Shown here piece after piece: positions 1 through 15,318 of a stretch of DNA of 64,000 nucleotides. The DNA is taken from the NCBI GenBank assembly GCA_003971905.1, contig RSEE01000023.1, forward strand, positions 558,001 to 622,000. Direction: 5' to 3'. A model generated the notes under the pieces. It did no database searches. It was not told where the DNA came from and saw only the letters and a program-made list of their open reading frames with translations. Positions within the stretch are counted from its first letter, which is position 1; each line of letters begins with the position of its first letter. The DNA comes from Moniliella sp. 'wahieum' (Eukaryota). Both the position numbers and the translations under genes were made by a program.

Positions 1-631
1 AAGTCAATGTCGCAAGGGTTGAGGCAAGTCTGCGTCGAAGCTGCATCAATGCAAAACAACGCCAGTTAGACACGGTCAGTTCGACCATGGATGGGGGTAG
101 TGAAGAGGCAACGTACGCGACTCGGGGCATTCGTCCATGATGCGAGCTTGCTGGGAACCCAGGATGCCCTTGATGGTAATGGTCTTGAAGCAGAGGTCCT
201 GGCGGCTGATGCCTTGGTCGGCAAAGTACTTGTATCCAGGCGTGGACAGAGCGACACCCATCTGTGCAAAAAAATGGGTCACCAGTCAGCACCAACCCCA
301 AAATGGCTCACTCCAGAGCCTTTGCTCTCAGCACAGATACGAACGGTGTTGTCATTCATGTCAGGGCCACCACACGAGCCTTGGGCAGATTCGCCCTCGG
401 TCTCGGGGTGGTAGTAGAAGGTGGCCTGGCCTTGGATCCCACGGGCAGCAACCTTGGCAGCCAGCGTGGCATTGTTAGCAATGTAGTCGTGGCGACCAGG
501 ACGAGGGGCCGGGCACGCGGGTGCTCAAAGTGGCCGCCAATGACACGGCGGTGAGGTGCGTGGTGGCCGGCGAGCGCACTGGTGGCACCAAGCAGGAGGA
601 GGAGGAGGGAAGTAAGGACCGTGGGTGCCAT
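1..631 (-). CDS. Secreted RlpA/expansin-like (DPBB, loosenin/barwin-like) protein; 3' end runs off the window
   Basis: Signal peptide MAPTVLTSLLLLLLGATSALA (ATG 631). After a frameshift: GVALSTPGYKYFADQGISRQDLCFKTITIKGILGSQQARIMDECPES. A GTACGT..CTAAC..GCAG intron (~114-41) is followed by STQTCLNPCDIDL, matching the DPBB 'C..I.I.....A.I.DxCP..C..DL' signature. Paralogue of 2733-3738. Confidence 0.75.
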
Positions 632-2538
632 AGCGATCGAATCGGAAATGGGGGAGGAACGGAGAAGGTGGGCAGGGGGGTGGAGGAGGAGGTAGGAGGA
701 GGCAGAGGGAGAGGAGGAGGTAGAGGAGGCGGAGGAGAACGCCAGGATTCTCTTTGGCAAGCGCAGTGAATATGTAGGAAGCCGTCCCCGGCAACCCGTC
801 GCTAGCCTTGCAAGCCAGGTTGTTAGGAACCGCCACGCGAGACCGGACGACGCGTGATGGAGTGATGCGTGACCGGTGCTGACTGGCAGACGGAGAGGTT
901 TTGCGGTGGCCGCTGTCCCCATGCGGGTGCCCATCCACTGGTTGCACCACTCCACTGTCGATCTGTGTCCGCACGAGGGCAGTGTGCTGATTCAACATTC
1001 ACCGGTCACAGCGGCATGCGCAGACGTCACCCGGCACAGGGCCTGTGCGCAGACGGCACGGCCCCACTGGCCCAGTGTAAGTCTCGGCATCTGGGCGATC
1101 ATCGATCAACGTGATCAGCACCGGTGGCCGGGACCTGCCGGGTTCTGCGGCAGCCGGCTGTGCCAGCGGCGCTCAGCCACGGCGGCACACGAAGCTCATG
1201 ACGCACATGAGCGATGCATCGCACACCTGGACATGCCACGGGAACAGTCGAGCGTCGGTTGCGAGTCTGCATGACGCATTGCCGGTTACAGCTGCCGGCA
1301 TTACCTGCATTACCCTCTACCGCGACGGCCAAAGTTGTCCGTCCCGAGTAGGACAACCGCAGTAGCCCTGCACTCACAACTCGGGCTGGAGCTTGTTGAA
1401 TACGTTGAATGTCGAAACACAAACACCCGTCGTGCTCGGCGTTCCGCTGGGCTTGGAAGATTGCGATACCATCAATATCATCATCGACACAGCCCCCGAG
1501 GAAACAAAGACCTTTGTGTGGCCCTGAGAATCTGCAACGCCATCAATCCAACGGGGAGGCACAGACGGTTTTAACGTTTACGCGTTACGTCGCACAGTCC
1601 AGGCTGCGCTGGCTGAGTGATGTGAGGCCCGTGGGGCCTGTAACATGTAAGGCTTCTCAGCACTCGGTGCAGTTGTGATTACTCAGTCCTCAAACTCGAG
1701 TTGCCATGAGCTATTCAGTACTCCGTACGCAACGTGTACTCAGCTGCGGAGTACGGGTACTATCCGAGGCTCGGTTGCATGGACCAAGTGCAAAGCAGTT
1801 AGAGGTGTCGATCCACAGCAAGCTAGCCTAGGCTATACCAAACCCACGCTAAACCCTAGGCTCAGCCTGAGCGGTCAGACTGACCGGGTTGAGTTCTGCG
1901 TTCAACTGAACGTTCAACACGTTCACCCCCAGCCGCATCGAGCCAGCCAACGAGGCCCAGCAGGCCCAGCCACGCCCAGCCACGCACCGGCGCCCATTGA
2001 ATATGGAGACGGCATGGCATAAGCTTTCCTTTCCGGTGGAGCTGGTGGGGCGGCTGAGAGCTGGCCAAGCGCTTCCTGGTCCTTCCGTGCCGGTGGATGT
2101 GTGCCTGATGTGGAGCTGCAGCCGCGCGGCGCTGCCTGGCGCTGCACACAGGCGGGATGCGGCTGCCGAAAAGGGGTGCGTGGAGGAGGCGTTTTTCAAA
2201 CCGCAGCACCCAAACTGGGCTGCGTTACTAGTTGATGCAGGTTCCTGCTGCACTGCGCCTCTGTTCTGGCGCCATGCCATACAGGCCACATGTCGCATGT
2301 CACATGTCACGGCTGCAGCCATGCCCCCCCCCGGATCGCCGCGTACACTCACCTGGTGCTGGCCATGTCGGATACCCGGTGCCCCCTTGCATCGCCTTGG
2401 CGCGGCACAGGGCCGCACCCAGCCGCAGTTGCAGCACGGAGGCAGTGGTGCCCTGTGGTGCCTGCCGGCCGGCTGCTCGGCGCCCTGTCTGTCAGATCTC
2501 AGATGGCAAACCACACGGCAGCCAGCCGGGTCCACTAC

Positions 2539-2547
2539 TATATAAAG
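2539..2547 (+). promoter_or_regulatory. TATA box of second DPBB gene
   Basis: TATATAAAG ~190 bp upstream of ATG 2733, followed by a CT-rich 5' UTR. Confidence 0.55.
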
Positions 2548-2732
2548 CTCCACCCGTGCCGCCACCGGCTCTGTTTCGCCTTCATCTCCATCTCCTACAC
2601 CCTCCCCGACTGCACGCTGGCGTGTATCCTCGACATCACCCTTCCTCTCCTCTCGTCTCTTCCTTCACCAAGCCTCTCTCTATAACACCTTCTACCCCCC
2701 CCCCTCTCTTTCTCCTACACTAGTCTTTTACA

Positions 2733-3738
2733 ATGGTTCGCCCTGTCATCGCCACTGCTCTCCTTGCCCTGGCGGCAAGCCAAGTCCTGCGGGCCACCAC
2801 TCGCAGCAGCGCCGCTCCCTCGGCTCTCACCAAAACATCCACGCCGTCCACGCTGCCCGCCGTGCGGATGCCAAGCCCGAGCGCCATGAGTACATCCGCT
2901 CGAACAGCACCTTGGCCGCCGCTCGGCCGAGCGTCGTGACAGTCAAGGCCAGGCCACCTTCTACCGTCCCGCCACCGAAGGCGGCTCCCAAAGCTCGTGC
3001 GGTCCCTACATTTCCGACAGCTCCAATGTCGTTGCCTTGTCGCAGGCTGGCTGGGACTACTTTGCGGGCAAGGGCATCAACCAACAGGAGCTCAACAAGG
3101 CGATTACCATCAACGGCCCCTGGGGGTCGCAGCAAGCCAAGATTCTTGACACGTGCCCCCCGGATGCGTCGACCAACACCTGCGGCAACATCTGCGACAT
3201 TGACTTGACGTACGACCTCTTCGGGTTGCTGGACAACTACGATGCAGGTATCTTCAACGTTCACTGGTCCTTTGACGACGGTACCCCCTCTCCCTGTGGT
3301 TCCGGGTCTGGGTCTTCGCATTCATCCTCTTCGAGTTCCTCCCCGTCGCCCACTCACAAGTCGGCCGTGGCCCCCTACTAGCTCGTCCTCGTCTTCGCGT
3401 TCGCCTTCGTCCTCTCCGTCGTCTTCGTCGTCGGCTCGTCCGGCTCGTTTGCCACCACCCTCCAGTGGTGGGACGACGTTGACCCTCAATGGTGCCCCGG
3501 CGTTACCATCCCGTCCGGCGCTGTTACCGCTGCCGTGGGCCCAACCAGCCAATACCCCAACGAGAAACTCGCCGACACGTGCGGCAAGTGGCTCACGATT
3601 GAGGCTGATGGCAAGAAAACGCAGGCGATTGCCGTTGAGTGGGTTCCTGACACGACCCAAAACCTTCTTGCTGTCGGAAACGCATACAACGACATTGTTG
3701 GCTCGGGTAGCGGCTCCGTCACTTGGAGCTTCAACTAA
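2733..3738 (+). CDS. Secreted protein with two DPBB/expansin-like domains joined by a Ser-rich linker
   Basis: Signal peptide MVRPVIATALLALAASQ. Domain 1: AGWDYFAGKGINQQELNKAITINGPWGSQQAKILDTCPPDASTNTCGNICDIDLTYDLFGLL..GIFNVHWSFD. Ser-rich linker. Domain 2: TCGKWLTIEADGKKTQAIAVEWVP..GSVTWSFN* (stop 3738). Several frameshifts. Confidence 0.75.
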
Positions 3739-5903
3739 GCTCCATTCGTCTTCTTTCTTTTTTCATCCCTCCAAACTTCGTAGGCCGGCTCCTACGTGAG
3801 TTCCTTGGAGGGCATTCTGTCCTCTTTATCCATTGCAATTACCGTGGCTGTGCCCTTTTCATATCCCACTTGCTCACATTGTCCATGTGGAATGGTTCCC
3901 CTGGATGATGTCTGTAATTCCATTATTGGTATTCACCGGTTCACCTATTACATTCTCGTCAGAAACAGTCCGTAGATTCGTACGGGCATAGGTCGTTGGT
4001 TGCCGGTTGGGCCTGACAAAAGAGGTACTCTGAACCTCTTCAGAGTGTACCGGCGAAACCCGGGTGTGCATTCGTTCCAAGGCGGGTAGGCATGTGTCCT
4101 TTAAGCCCCAGTCACGGAACATCCGGTTTCAAGCCAGGTTAAGGATCGACAATGATGGGAATCGAAGCGTGTCCAGCTACTGTCCTTGTCATGGCGAGAA
4201 GCGCAGGGGCCAAGTCGGCTGTGGTAGCGTGGGACATGCTCTTGTTTATGCGTTGAATGCGGTAGGGGTGCACCTTGTGTTGACGTGGATCCGGTTAGCC
4301 ACCACTGGTGATCCAGAACCCATCGGCATTCAGTGACACGTGGCCCGATGCACACAGTGCATCGAGGAAGTGCATCCCAGACTTTCCATGAAGGGCTTCC
4401 ACTGGCATCCGGCTCCGGAACCTATCACGGCCCATTGGTCTATAGCGTTCCTTGGTTCTCGAATGCCATCTCCATTCCCCATCGCCAGCATCGCTATATC
4501 AGTAGTAGCTACTATACCAGAACCGTAACAACAAATCGAGGCCAGCTCGAACTTGGGCATGAACGCGTTGAGGCACAAAGGCAGGAGATGAAAGCATAGG
4601 GGGTGTGAATACGTACGTCATGCGCAAACCCCTCCACGAGCATGAGACACGTCGATCACCAGACCCAGAAGAAGCATTTGCACTTGGAGGCGCAAGCGAA
4701 ACCATATGCTAGTAGACAAAAGAAAGAGAGGGTATCTGGATGAGGCGCGTTGACGAATAGCCACGTGGTATTCTTGCACAGCGCGATTGCTGGCTCTCTT
4801 CAAAGCCACTCGTTACTCGTTACCATCCCTAGATGGACTGATTTCGTTCACAGCCACGTCCATACAACATGGATATACCAATGGTCCTCTGCTTTCTCGA
4901 TCTGAACGATGTCCTATAAGTGCACAGGTAAAAGGGGGAGACAGGAGTTGGGTCAAACTCAGACTGGGTAAGAGAAGAGGAAGGAAGGGGAGTGGCACTA
5001 GGACAGAGGATAGGGATAGTGACACGGCGCCTGCATGCGGAAGAGGCTGAGTGTGACCTTGGAGGTGGCCTGCCCTCTTTGACCCTTTTGGTCAACAACA
5101 CGTTGTCATTACCGCACGCCTTGACTCTTTTGAGCTACATTCATCATTCCCTCTCTTTCTCCCGTTTACTTGAGAGCTGGACAAAACTCAACTCGGCTGT
5201 CGATCACGCTTGTGCTCTTTACAGTGTCCATTGACAGCGAAAGCGCATTGAGGGATTTCACTATCGGGAAAAGTTAGAGAGCCACCTTGCCTTTTCTATC
5301 CAATCAAACGGATTGAATGAGATGACTACAGAACCAACGAGAGCCCGGGGGGGAAAGGGGGATGGAACAAAAGGAAGCTATGCCGCAATTGAAAGGTGTC
5401 CCCTTCTTGCAGTTCTGTGACAGCTGGGCAGCGGTCCTCAGTTTTGTCGCCCTCATCGTGAGCCAGTCTGTCCCATTGGCGTCCCGTAGCGTATATATCT
5501 TTCTCACCCAAACAAGCGATTTTCCACCAGGTTCTAGGGATGAGTAGAACGGGTACCCACGGCGCTCCCAACGCGCCACACTTTGCTCGGTGCGATCCTT
5601 CCCATCTCATTTCTTCCGGTTCTGCCTGGCATCTCTTCAGGCCCGAAAAGTGTCTTAGCACAGGGCTATACTGACTTGCTGTTATATCCATCGGGCTAAG
5701 ACCCCCTTATTGGACTCTTCAGCATTTTGTTCCAGAGGTAGTTCCACTATGGGAGGCGGGTGAGGGGGGGAGTTGCATAGACTAAAGAGAGAGTGAACGG
5801 CTGCTAAGTCCAAGCATAACGTTTTGTCAATGGGAATGGGCCCATGAATACAGATGGAGCAAGCGCCTTCAAGAAGGGGAACGAGCAAGCCTCGTTTCCA
5901 GAC

Positions 5904-6453
5904 TTAGTCAAGCTGCTCAACCTCAGCCTCAGCGTCCTTCTTCTCAACGTCAAACGTCTCGGGCTGGGGAAAGGGAACGAGGGTCAGGATTCATCGCAAA
6001 GGAGCAACCAGATTGAATACGTACAACATCGGGAACGTCATCGGCGGAAGCGCCCTGGGCCTGCATCATCTGGTACGACTGGGCCAGCTGCCGGAGCGAG
6101 GCCATCGCCTCGGGGCCGAGCTGGTTAAGGATGCCAGGCACGAGCTCGGTCATGTCCTTGTCTTCACCATGGCCGGTGACAATGTGAGTGTTGGCGTCCT
6201 TGACAAGGGCAATGTTAGGGCGGGTGAAGTGGAGCACCTTGCCATCGTCCTTGAACATGTTGACCTCCTCGTACCCGGTCATGGGCAGCACGCCGCCCAG
6301 CTTCTTGAGCGCCGCACCCAGCTTCTTGTCGTTGCCGCCCTCGACGGCAGACTTGGGCGCAGTCTTCTTCACGACCTTGCGGCGGGGAGCACCCTTGCCA
6401 CCCTGCCGGCTGGCAGCCTGGAGCTTAGCGAGCTTCTCTTGGTCAACAACCAT
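5904..6453 (-). CDS. EGD1: Nascent polypeptide-associated complex beta subunit (BTF3)
   Basis: [30 protein letters not shown]...[15 protein letters not shown]...[33 protein letters not shown]...CCCCAG intron precedes last exon [19 protein letters not shown]. Confidence 0.95.
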
Positions 6454-7235
6454 GGTGTGGGCGAAGGGGGGGTGGGACAGAACCAAGTTGCGTGGCCGCC
6501 GCCCACCAGGAAGTCCGCAGGGCCGAACAATCGTGCGACCCCGCCCCCGGCAAGAGAGCAGTCCCTTCGAACGAGGAAGAACCAGAGCGCTAGGGTTGGT
6601 GGGAAGGGTCTTGTTTCAGGCTGGTCACTCGCTCACGTGACCCCGTCTTCTTTCCACCCCCGGTTGCTCGCTTGCCATCCATCGGTGCTCGGTCGGTTCT
6701 CGACTGCGCCCATCCGCGCCCTCGGCCTCACCCTCTTCCTTCCTTTCCCCATCGCACAATGTATTTTCACACTCTGGCATGGGGCAGCCCCGCATCCGTC
6801 TACAAGCAGAACGGGAGCGCATCCTGCTTACCATCACCGATCACAAGAGCCTCTTCCGCCTCCATAGCCTTTCCCTCTTCTCACTCTCTGGCATGTTTGG
6901 ACCGAGTCGCCAATGAGACTCCCACGGGTGTCCCTCTGGCAATCAATCAAACATGGGGTGCGATCGCTCCGAGGGCATCGACTGTTACATCGCCGACGCA
7001 TGGGTATCCCGCAGCGAGGGGGGGAGTTAGTTCAATGACCCTCCTCCTCCGTCCAATAAAGACGATCCGGCGTTTCGGCCCACCTGTCTCATCCAAATCC
7101 TAGTGCTGGTCGAGAAAGTACCACGACATCCAGGCCGACGCGCAAGTCGTGTCTCTTGGCTGAAAGGGTGCCAGTCCAGAGAGGGAAAAGAGCATATTTG
7201 GCAGGAAGATACCATTGGATCGACCCAGTCCCGTA

Positions 7236-7586
7236 TTACTTGTCCAAGCTTTCGAGGAACTTTTCCAGATCAAAGTCTGGGCTGTCTGGGTCGGTTATGA
7301 CTGCAGGCACAAAGGAGGGAGGTCAGCGCCAAGTCGTGCAAACGTCCGGAAGGGGTTACGTACCACCAGTCGTCTTCGGGGCTGGATGGAGCTCGGCCCA
7401 CTTGGCCTTGGCCTGCTCCACCAGCTCTTGCCGGTGGGCCTTGATAGCGGCGAGGTGGGCCTTGTCAGCGTCCCCCTGGAGCGAATAGCGGTGGTAGATA
7501 CCGTACGCCACGCCCCCCAAAAACGCCTGGTAGCGAGCGACGTTGATCAGCGGGGTAGGATTGAAGAGGGCGAAGATAGACGACAT
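7236..7586 (-). CDS. TIM11: Mitochondrial ATP synthase subunit e
   Basis: INVARYQAFLGGVAYGIYHRYSLQ (GxxxG TM) then HRQELVEQAKAKWAE. Intron ~7362-7301, then VITDPDSPDFDLEK..LESLDK*, the typical fungal subunit e C-terminus. Confidence 0.9.
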
Positions 7587-9146
7587 GGTCGGTGGTGCGT
7601 CGCTGGACAGGCAGGACTGGTGGCTGGGCGGTGCGATGGGTCAAGCAGGTGCCGTGGCCAGCGAACGAGCGGCCCAGGGTCGGGCCAAGGAGGGGAAGCA
7701 GCCGAGACGACTCCGGGACGACTGGGCCGCACGACGGCAGTGACTAGTGCTAGTGACGCAGCACGTGCGGGGTTGGCTAGTCGCTTCCGCCCACATTTGT
7801 AAGATGGACAACTAGCAGCGTTGCAATTTGAAACAGTTTTCTGACGCTGTCCGACGGCACTCAACTCAAGAGCATCACACGAAGTGGCTATAGCACCGGC
7901 ACAGGGGGGAACTTGCGTCGTGACCGGGTGACCATCCTGGCCCGTCTTGCTCTATCTCCACCGAGCAAGGACGTGGACTTGGGCCACGCCACTTGTTGCC
8001 CTCCACTGACCCGTACTTCACGCATTTGGTTACCAGCACGATCTCGAGGTGCATATTGGTCCTGGCTTCAAGCAACTCACGTCCGTCTTTTGACGCTCAT
8101 GTGAAAAGTGTGGGTCGAGCGATGCGGGCGAGGTGCGGCAACAGCTCTGCCTGCTCGCCAGCCACACCCCTCTCTCAGGATGACGCCGGTAAACTCTCCA
8201 GGGTCTTTGTGGTGCTGTGAGAGGGAAGGACCCTGCGATGACAGCAAGTCTCCATTCACAATCACCATCATGTCAGATGTGCACCTCGACTAGAAGCGAG
8301 ATGGGGCTACTTGGCTGCAGTATTTATAGTACATGAATTCATTGGAACGGTTTTGCTTTATGCCCTCTGCGCCCTTTTGTGTTGTTTAATAGTTGCCGTC
8401 ACTATTCTTCCGATTCTCGCATTGAAAGGACAACACCTTATGGTAATGTACACACAAGATCAAGTTCTCATCCCACAGGATCTTACCTTCCTTCTCTGAC
8501 CATCATTTTCCGAAGGCGCCATCCCCCCTGACATCCTAGAGTTTCGCTGCTCGAAGCCCCATCACAACTGGTAGTATCCACACTCCCCACATAATATTGC
8601 CCTCAATCTACACCCACCTTTGCACAGATGGACTAAGAGATTGCAGTGCTGGGACACCACTTGATTTGACCCACAATTTATATACGACACGGTCCGCAAG
8701 ATGCTGCCAGTCGACTCCCCAAATATATACATGCTTCCTATCGGTTTCCCACCCTCCCATTTGAAGCACCGGCGGTAGCCCAAGCAAAAAGCCCTCGTCC
8801 TTGCCTGTAGGCAAGAGGGAAGAGAGACGCGTACACACATCCAATGTAAGGGTGGTTGTGATCGAATCCAGAAAACGGCTATGGGACGATCACCAAGAAG
8901 TTGGTGCAGCCAGACTCCGAGAGGAGGCTTTTATGCAGTCTGGAAAATGAGGTTAATTCAAAGGTGAGTGGGTGTGCGATACACGCCACACGAGAGAGAA
9001 ACATGTGGGTATTGGTATCATGAACATATGCGAAGAATGGAAAGGTTGTGGAGTCTTGGCAGCCCTCTTCTAACTCAAATGGCAGACACTCAAGTCCGCA
9101 AGGGGGAAAGGGAAGGGTACAAAGACACGAATGAAATGGGAGGTGG

Positions 9147-10304
9147 TTATTCCTTGGGTGCAGTGTTGGGGGCGGAGCCCGTGACCTCCTCATCATTCTC
9201 CTTGGAGACGGGCTCTTCTAGCGGTTTATTGTCGAGGGCCACCTTGAGAACCAATTTGCGCCCTTGAAGTTCCTTGTCGTTAAAGGTTTCGATTGCTTCC
9301 TGTTGCTGCTCATGGGTGGCAAAGTCGACAAACGCATACCCACGGCTCTTCCATTCCTCCACCATTCGCTTCTTGGGCTTAACAGGCGCGTCCGCTTCTG
9401 CTTCGTCCGCCGCCTCAGCCTCTTCCTTCTTAGCATCAGTCAACTTCCTCACCCTCCGTACAACTGTGGTGCGGGCAATGGAGAGCTTCTTGATGGTAAG
9501 GTTCGTGTCCTTCTTGAAAAAGGCCTGGAGCTCGGGTTCCTTCACAGTGTAAGCCAAGTTGGCGACAAAGACAAGAGTCTCCGTAGGAGAACCAGTTGGT
9601 CCATCCTTCTTGCCCGTGCATCCTTATTGCCCGGTGCCGCCCCGATTGACTTCCTACCCTTCTTCTTCTGCGGCGGTTTACGGGTGAGGGTCTTGCCCTT
9701 GGGATTGGTCTCCTCTGCAGGCTCCTCTGCAGCGCGCGCTGGTAGGGGAGAAGAGAGACGTCGGCGTTGGACTGGCGCTCCTTACGCACCTTGCGGTTCA
9801 GCCAGGATTCGGTGGTGTGTGTTTCAAAGCTTCGATGACCAGCGGCCGACCAGCGACGTCGATGTTGTTGTACTCGGCAATCGCCCTCTCAGCATCCTCG
9901 GCACCATCAAAGGTAACAAAACCATACCCGCGGGGACGAGTTCCGCGACGGATAATCTGCACGTTCGACCTGGGGTGTGCGGGCACCCAACATCAGTACG
10001 GTGCGCCCAATATCTATACTAGAGACACACGTACACAGCCAGCGTAGGAGCAAAGACAGCCTTGAGATCAGCCTCGTTGAGGGAAGGGCTGAGCTGGCGG
10101 ACAAAGACTTTCTGTGGGGGAGGACGGTGTAGGTTAGCAGTGCTTGCACCGGCCGTGCCCATCTGTACGCACGGTGGCCAGTTCATCTAGGTCCGCGGGA
10201 GTGCGCTCGCTAGGCGGAGTCACGTCGGCACCAGCGGGGGTGGCGACGGCCGTAGAAAGGGCGGCGGGGTTGGAGGGGGCAGCAATGTCGACGGCGACGG
10301 ACAT
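9147..10304 (-). CDS. Two-RRM RNA-binding protein (Sbp1/Tcg1-like)
   Basis: RRM1 RNP1 RPRGYGFVTFD; RRM2 VFVANLAYTV...KSRGYAFVDFATHEQQQEAIETFNDKELQGRKLVLKVA. Several introns. Putative ATG 10304 (MSVAVDIAAP). Confidence 0.8.
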
Positions 10305-11113
10305 GGGGCGGGAGGAGACGTGAGGAAAGAGGGTGAAGGCGGAGGCGGGAGAGGTGAGGGTGAGGGGGGGGAGGATAGAGGCGCTGCGTTGGGGGCCAAT
10401 TTAAGTACGCGCGGCGTGGCGCCAGCAGCTGCGCCAGGTGCTTAGCTGCTTAGCTGGGCTGCGCCTGGCTGGCGCGGCGGGGGGCGGCCAGGATGTCCGT
10501 CCTGAGGGGGGACTGAGTAGGGGGGCCGACACAGCGGCGTGTCCGTCGTGTGCGGGGGGCTGACGCGCTGACGGGGCTGCGAGGGCGCGCGGCAGCTGTC
10601 GAGCACATGCCGCGCTCCACACTGGCGCCTGCCCGCCGTCCCACGCCGTCCGCCTGCCGCCCCCCCGCAGGCTGCGGCAGAATGGCCTGGACGCTGGCCT
10701 CTGAACATTGAACTGTTCAATACTGAAGACTGAGTACTGAAGCTTGAAGGCCATGCTTTCAACTTGCAAGTTGGGTGTTCCTTGGCATCATGCATCGGCT
10801 GCGGCTGCCATGCGCATGACATCATCGACGTGCACCGTGCGTACCCGCGTCACAGTGTATTTAGTGGCTACACTGACCCCGGCGCCGGGGTGCGTTCGCA
10901 GTTCGGCGCGTACACTAGGCAGGACGTGAGCGAACAGCGCCACCGAACGCGTGCGTCGACGTACAAGCGGCTCACCTCCCCCCTCCGCTGCTTTGTTGGG
11001 CCACGATCGCTTTAATTAGCTTGCTCTCTCTTATTAACCGCCTCGCCTACGCTGGTGCCGCTTCGTGTTGTGCCCCCACCACACTGCCGGGTGCCTGCTG
11101 CCGTCCCGTCATC

Positions 11114-12773
11114 ATGTCCCAGTACGACACCCACTCCATCTCCCGCTCGACCACCGTGTCCCGCAAGAGCACCATCACCTCCCGCAACGCCTCGCTCATC
11201 AAGAAGAACACCGGGCCCAACGAACTAAAGCCGTCGGACCTTCTAATTGAGCGCTTCAATGGTGTGTACACTTACCTCCTCCGTTGCGGCGCCCATTTCT
11301 TCTCACACTGTATATACGCTCGTCAGGATGGAAGAGCATCACGAAGCAGCTCATCTCCTATTTTGAAGGGATCGCCGACATTGAGTCCAACACTGCGCGC
11401 GAGCTCACCAAGCTCGGTGGCGTCATCCAAGTCCCATTCCGTGAAGGGAACCAGTTTCTGGGCGAGGATGGCATCCAAGACGTCTACTATGCGATTCGTG
11501 ACAAGACACGCGTCATTGCTGATCATCATGCCAATCTCGCAAAGACCGTGGAAGGTTCCATTGTCCAACACCTCCAAAAGCTCCGCACAGAGATCAAAGC
11601 CCATGTTCGCAATGTACAGCAAGACACGGGCAAGCTTGCAAATAGCGTGGCGAAAGAACGTGAGCTGTCTACAAAGCTCATTACCGACTTGGCCAAGGCC
11701 ATCACACTCCTCAAGAATGCACCATGAGTGTCACAGCTCGTGAGGATCCCTGGGCTCAGAATGCAACTGTTTTCCGTCAACTGCAGCGCCAGGTCAACGA
11801 GGAGAACGCTCTGCAAAAGTCAATCATCATCATGCAGCAGAACTCGGCCCACTTTGAAGAGGGAATTGTCCGCTCCATCCAGTCGGCCTGGCAGACTTTT
11901 GACGAATGGTCTGGTCGCATGTCGGCTCAAGTGCAAGATACTTGGCTCTCGCTGGGCGTGCAAATGCGAGGACTACAGCCCAACGCCGAATGGATCGCCT
12001 TTGCTGCTCGTTCAGACCACCTGCTCGACCCGGACACACCTCTGCGCAACCCGGAGACGATCGATTACCCGGGTAAGGATGACCCCTCGGTCATTCCTGT
12101 CCATCATGGCATTCTCGAGCGCAAGAAGCGCTTCACCAACAACTATAAGGAATCCTTCTACGTCCTCACTCCGGCTGGCTACCTGCACGAACTCCCTTCA
12201 TCTGACCCACAGCGCCACCCACAGCCGGTCCTTTCTCTCTTCTTGCCCGAATGCACGCTCGGTGCCCCCTCGACCAATGCAGCCAAGAGCCACAAATTCC
12301 ACATTACCGCGGCCAAGTCGGACAATCCCCTAGCGAGCTTGCGTGGTGAGCAGGCCTACACGTTCCGTGCGCGCAGCCACAACGAGATGATGGAATGGTG
12401 GAACGACATCAAGCAGCTCTCTAAGGTTTACCTCACTACGTCGGAGCAGATGGACCGCTCAGGCCCTGTGCCAGCGGCTGTGCGAGCTATCGGCTATCAC
12501 TCTGAGGTGAGAGTGAAGAGAGGATGAGGAGGAAGGATCGTCGATTGAGGAGGCAATCGATGAGGAAGGAGAAGAGGGTAACATTCCTGAAGAAGGTGGA
12601 AGTGGAAGAGGAGTACATCTTAGCACCTTCGGTGAGGAGGTGCCAGGGTACACTGGGGCTCCTGGTAATCCAGTATCCCGGTTGGGCACGAAGGCTATGT
12701 GTTCGAGAAGAAGGCGGAAGAAGCGGAGATTCCCCCTACCGCCCATGACGAAAGCGGCACCGCGCAAGCCTAG
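11114..12773 (+). CDS. SLM1: Slm1/2-like BAR-PH domain PI(4,5)P2-binding protein
   Basis: PSDLLIERF.GWKSITKQLISYFEGIADIE (BAR). PH domain GILERKKRFTNNYKESFYVLTPAGYLHE...LSLFLPECTLG...YTFRARSHNEMMEWWNDIK. Acidic tail. One intron (~11262-11327). Confidence 0.85.
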
Positions 12774-13485
12774 TGTACTGGCTCTACGGTCCACCGTTAA
12801 GTTCCCTTCTTTTTTCAGAGGATGAGCAAGGGGTCGGTCACTATCCCAGCTTAGTTCCTTTGGCCGTTCTACCCCCCCACCTATACTCTCTGTGCTCTCC
12901 TCCTCCGCCTGATGATTGTAAATAAAGTTGTGGGCTCGTCTGTTGCCCTCTTCTGCATGTACATTCTTTCGTCTCTCTCGAGATGCCACAGGGCTGTGTT
13001 GATGTTCGGTGGCTCGCCACCCCCCGCTTGGCTCTCGGTTTGATTCCCAACCGACGAAAAGGTCTGATTTTCCTCCTCATCCCCTCTTCTTTGCGGTGCC
13101 GGATGCGTGTCGTTGGAGGGACGTAACTTGGAGGTTTTTTTATCACGCGGTGCATCGATCCCAGGAGGCTCGACAGGGCGCACCTGCCAGCGTGCCAGCA
13201 GCGCCAGCCGCTTGGGGTCGGCGAGCGGAAGGGCGGAACGGCCTGCTGACATAACGTGGAGGCTGGGGCGGGCTTAGTAACAGACACTGGGGACTGGCGC
13301 TGTGCGGGGCAGGCAGGGCATGCTGGCACCCGTGCCGCACGGGGGCAGTGTGGGCCGGGCGGCACACTGCCCCTGTGCGCGCCGCCCGCTGCCCCGTTCT
13401 TCTCTCGGGACGGGCCGAGCGCAGCGGCCACCGGCAGCTCCAGCAGCTCCTGCCTTCTGCCAGGTCCCACCGTCTCGTCTGCACC

Positions 13486-15148
<1,663 letters not shown>

Positions 15149-15272
15149 TCCCGCTGTGTCGATGGAACCTCTGGTCCCCTAGGCTAAACCAATGATGCGT
15201 TGCAAAAGCTACTACTCGTTGCGGGACCGACAAGGCGGATAGGGGGCACATTTCATGGGTATTAGGTAGTTT

Positions 15273-15318
15273 GCTAGTTGGCTCGCGTGCTCGTCGCTAG
15301 TTGGCTCGTGTGCTCGTC
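15273..15318. repeat. 23-bp tandem duplication
   Basis: GCTAGTTGGCTCGCGTGCTCGTC / GCTAGTTGGCTCGTGTGCTCGTC (1 mismatch) downstream of ATP2. Confidence 0.8.

Noticed and set aside
3900..5700. Short ORFs in 3.9-5.7 kb (also 8.0-8.9 kb and 19.2-20.7 kb)
   Set aside because: No recognisable motif, codon bias or consistent splice structure; left unannotated.
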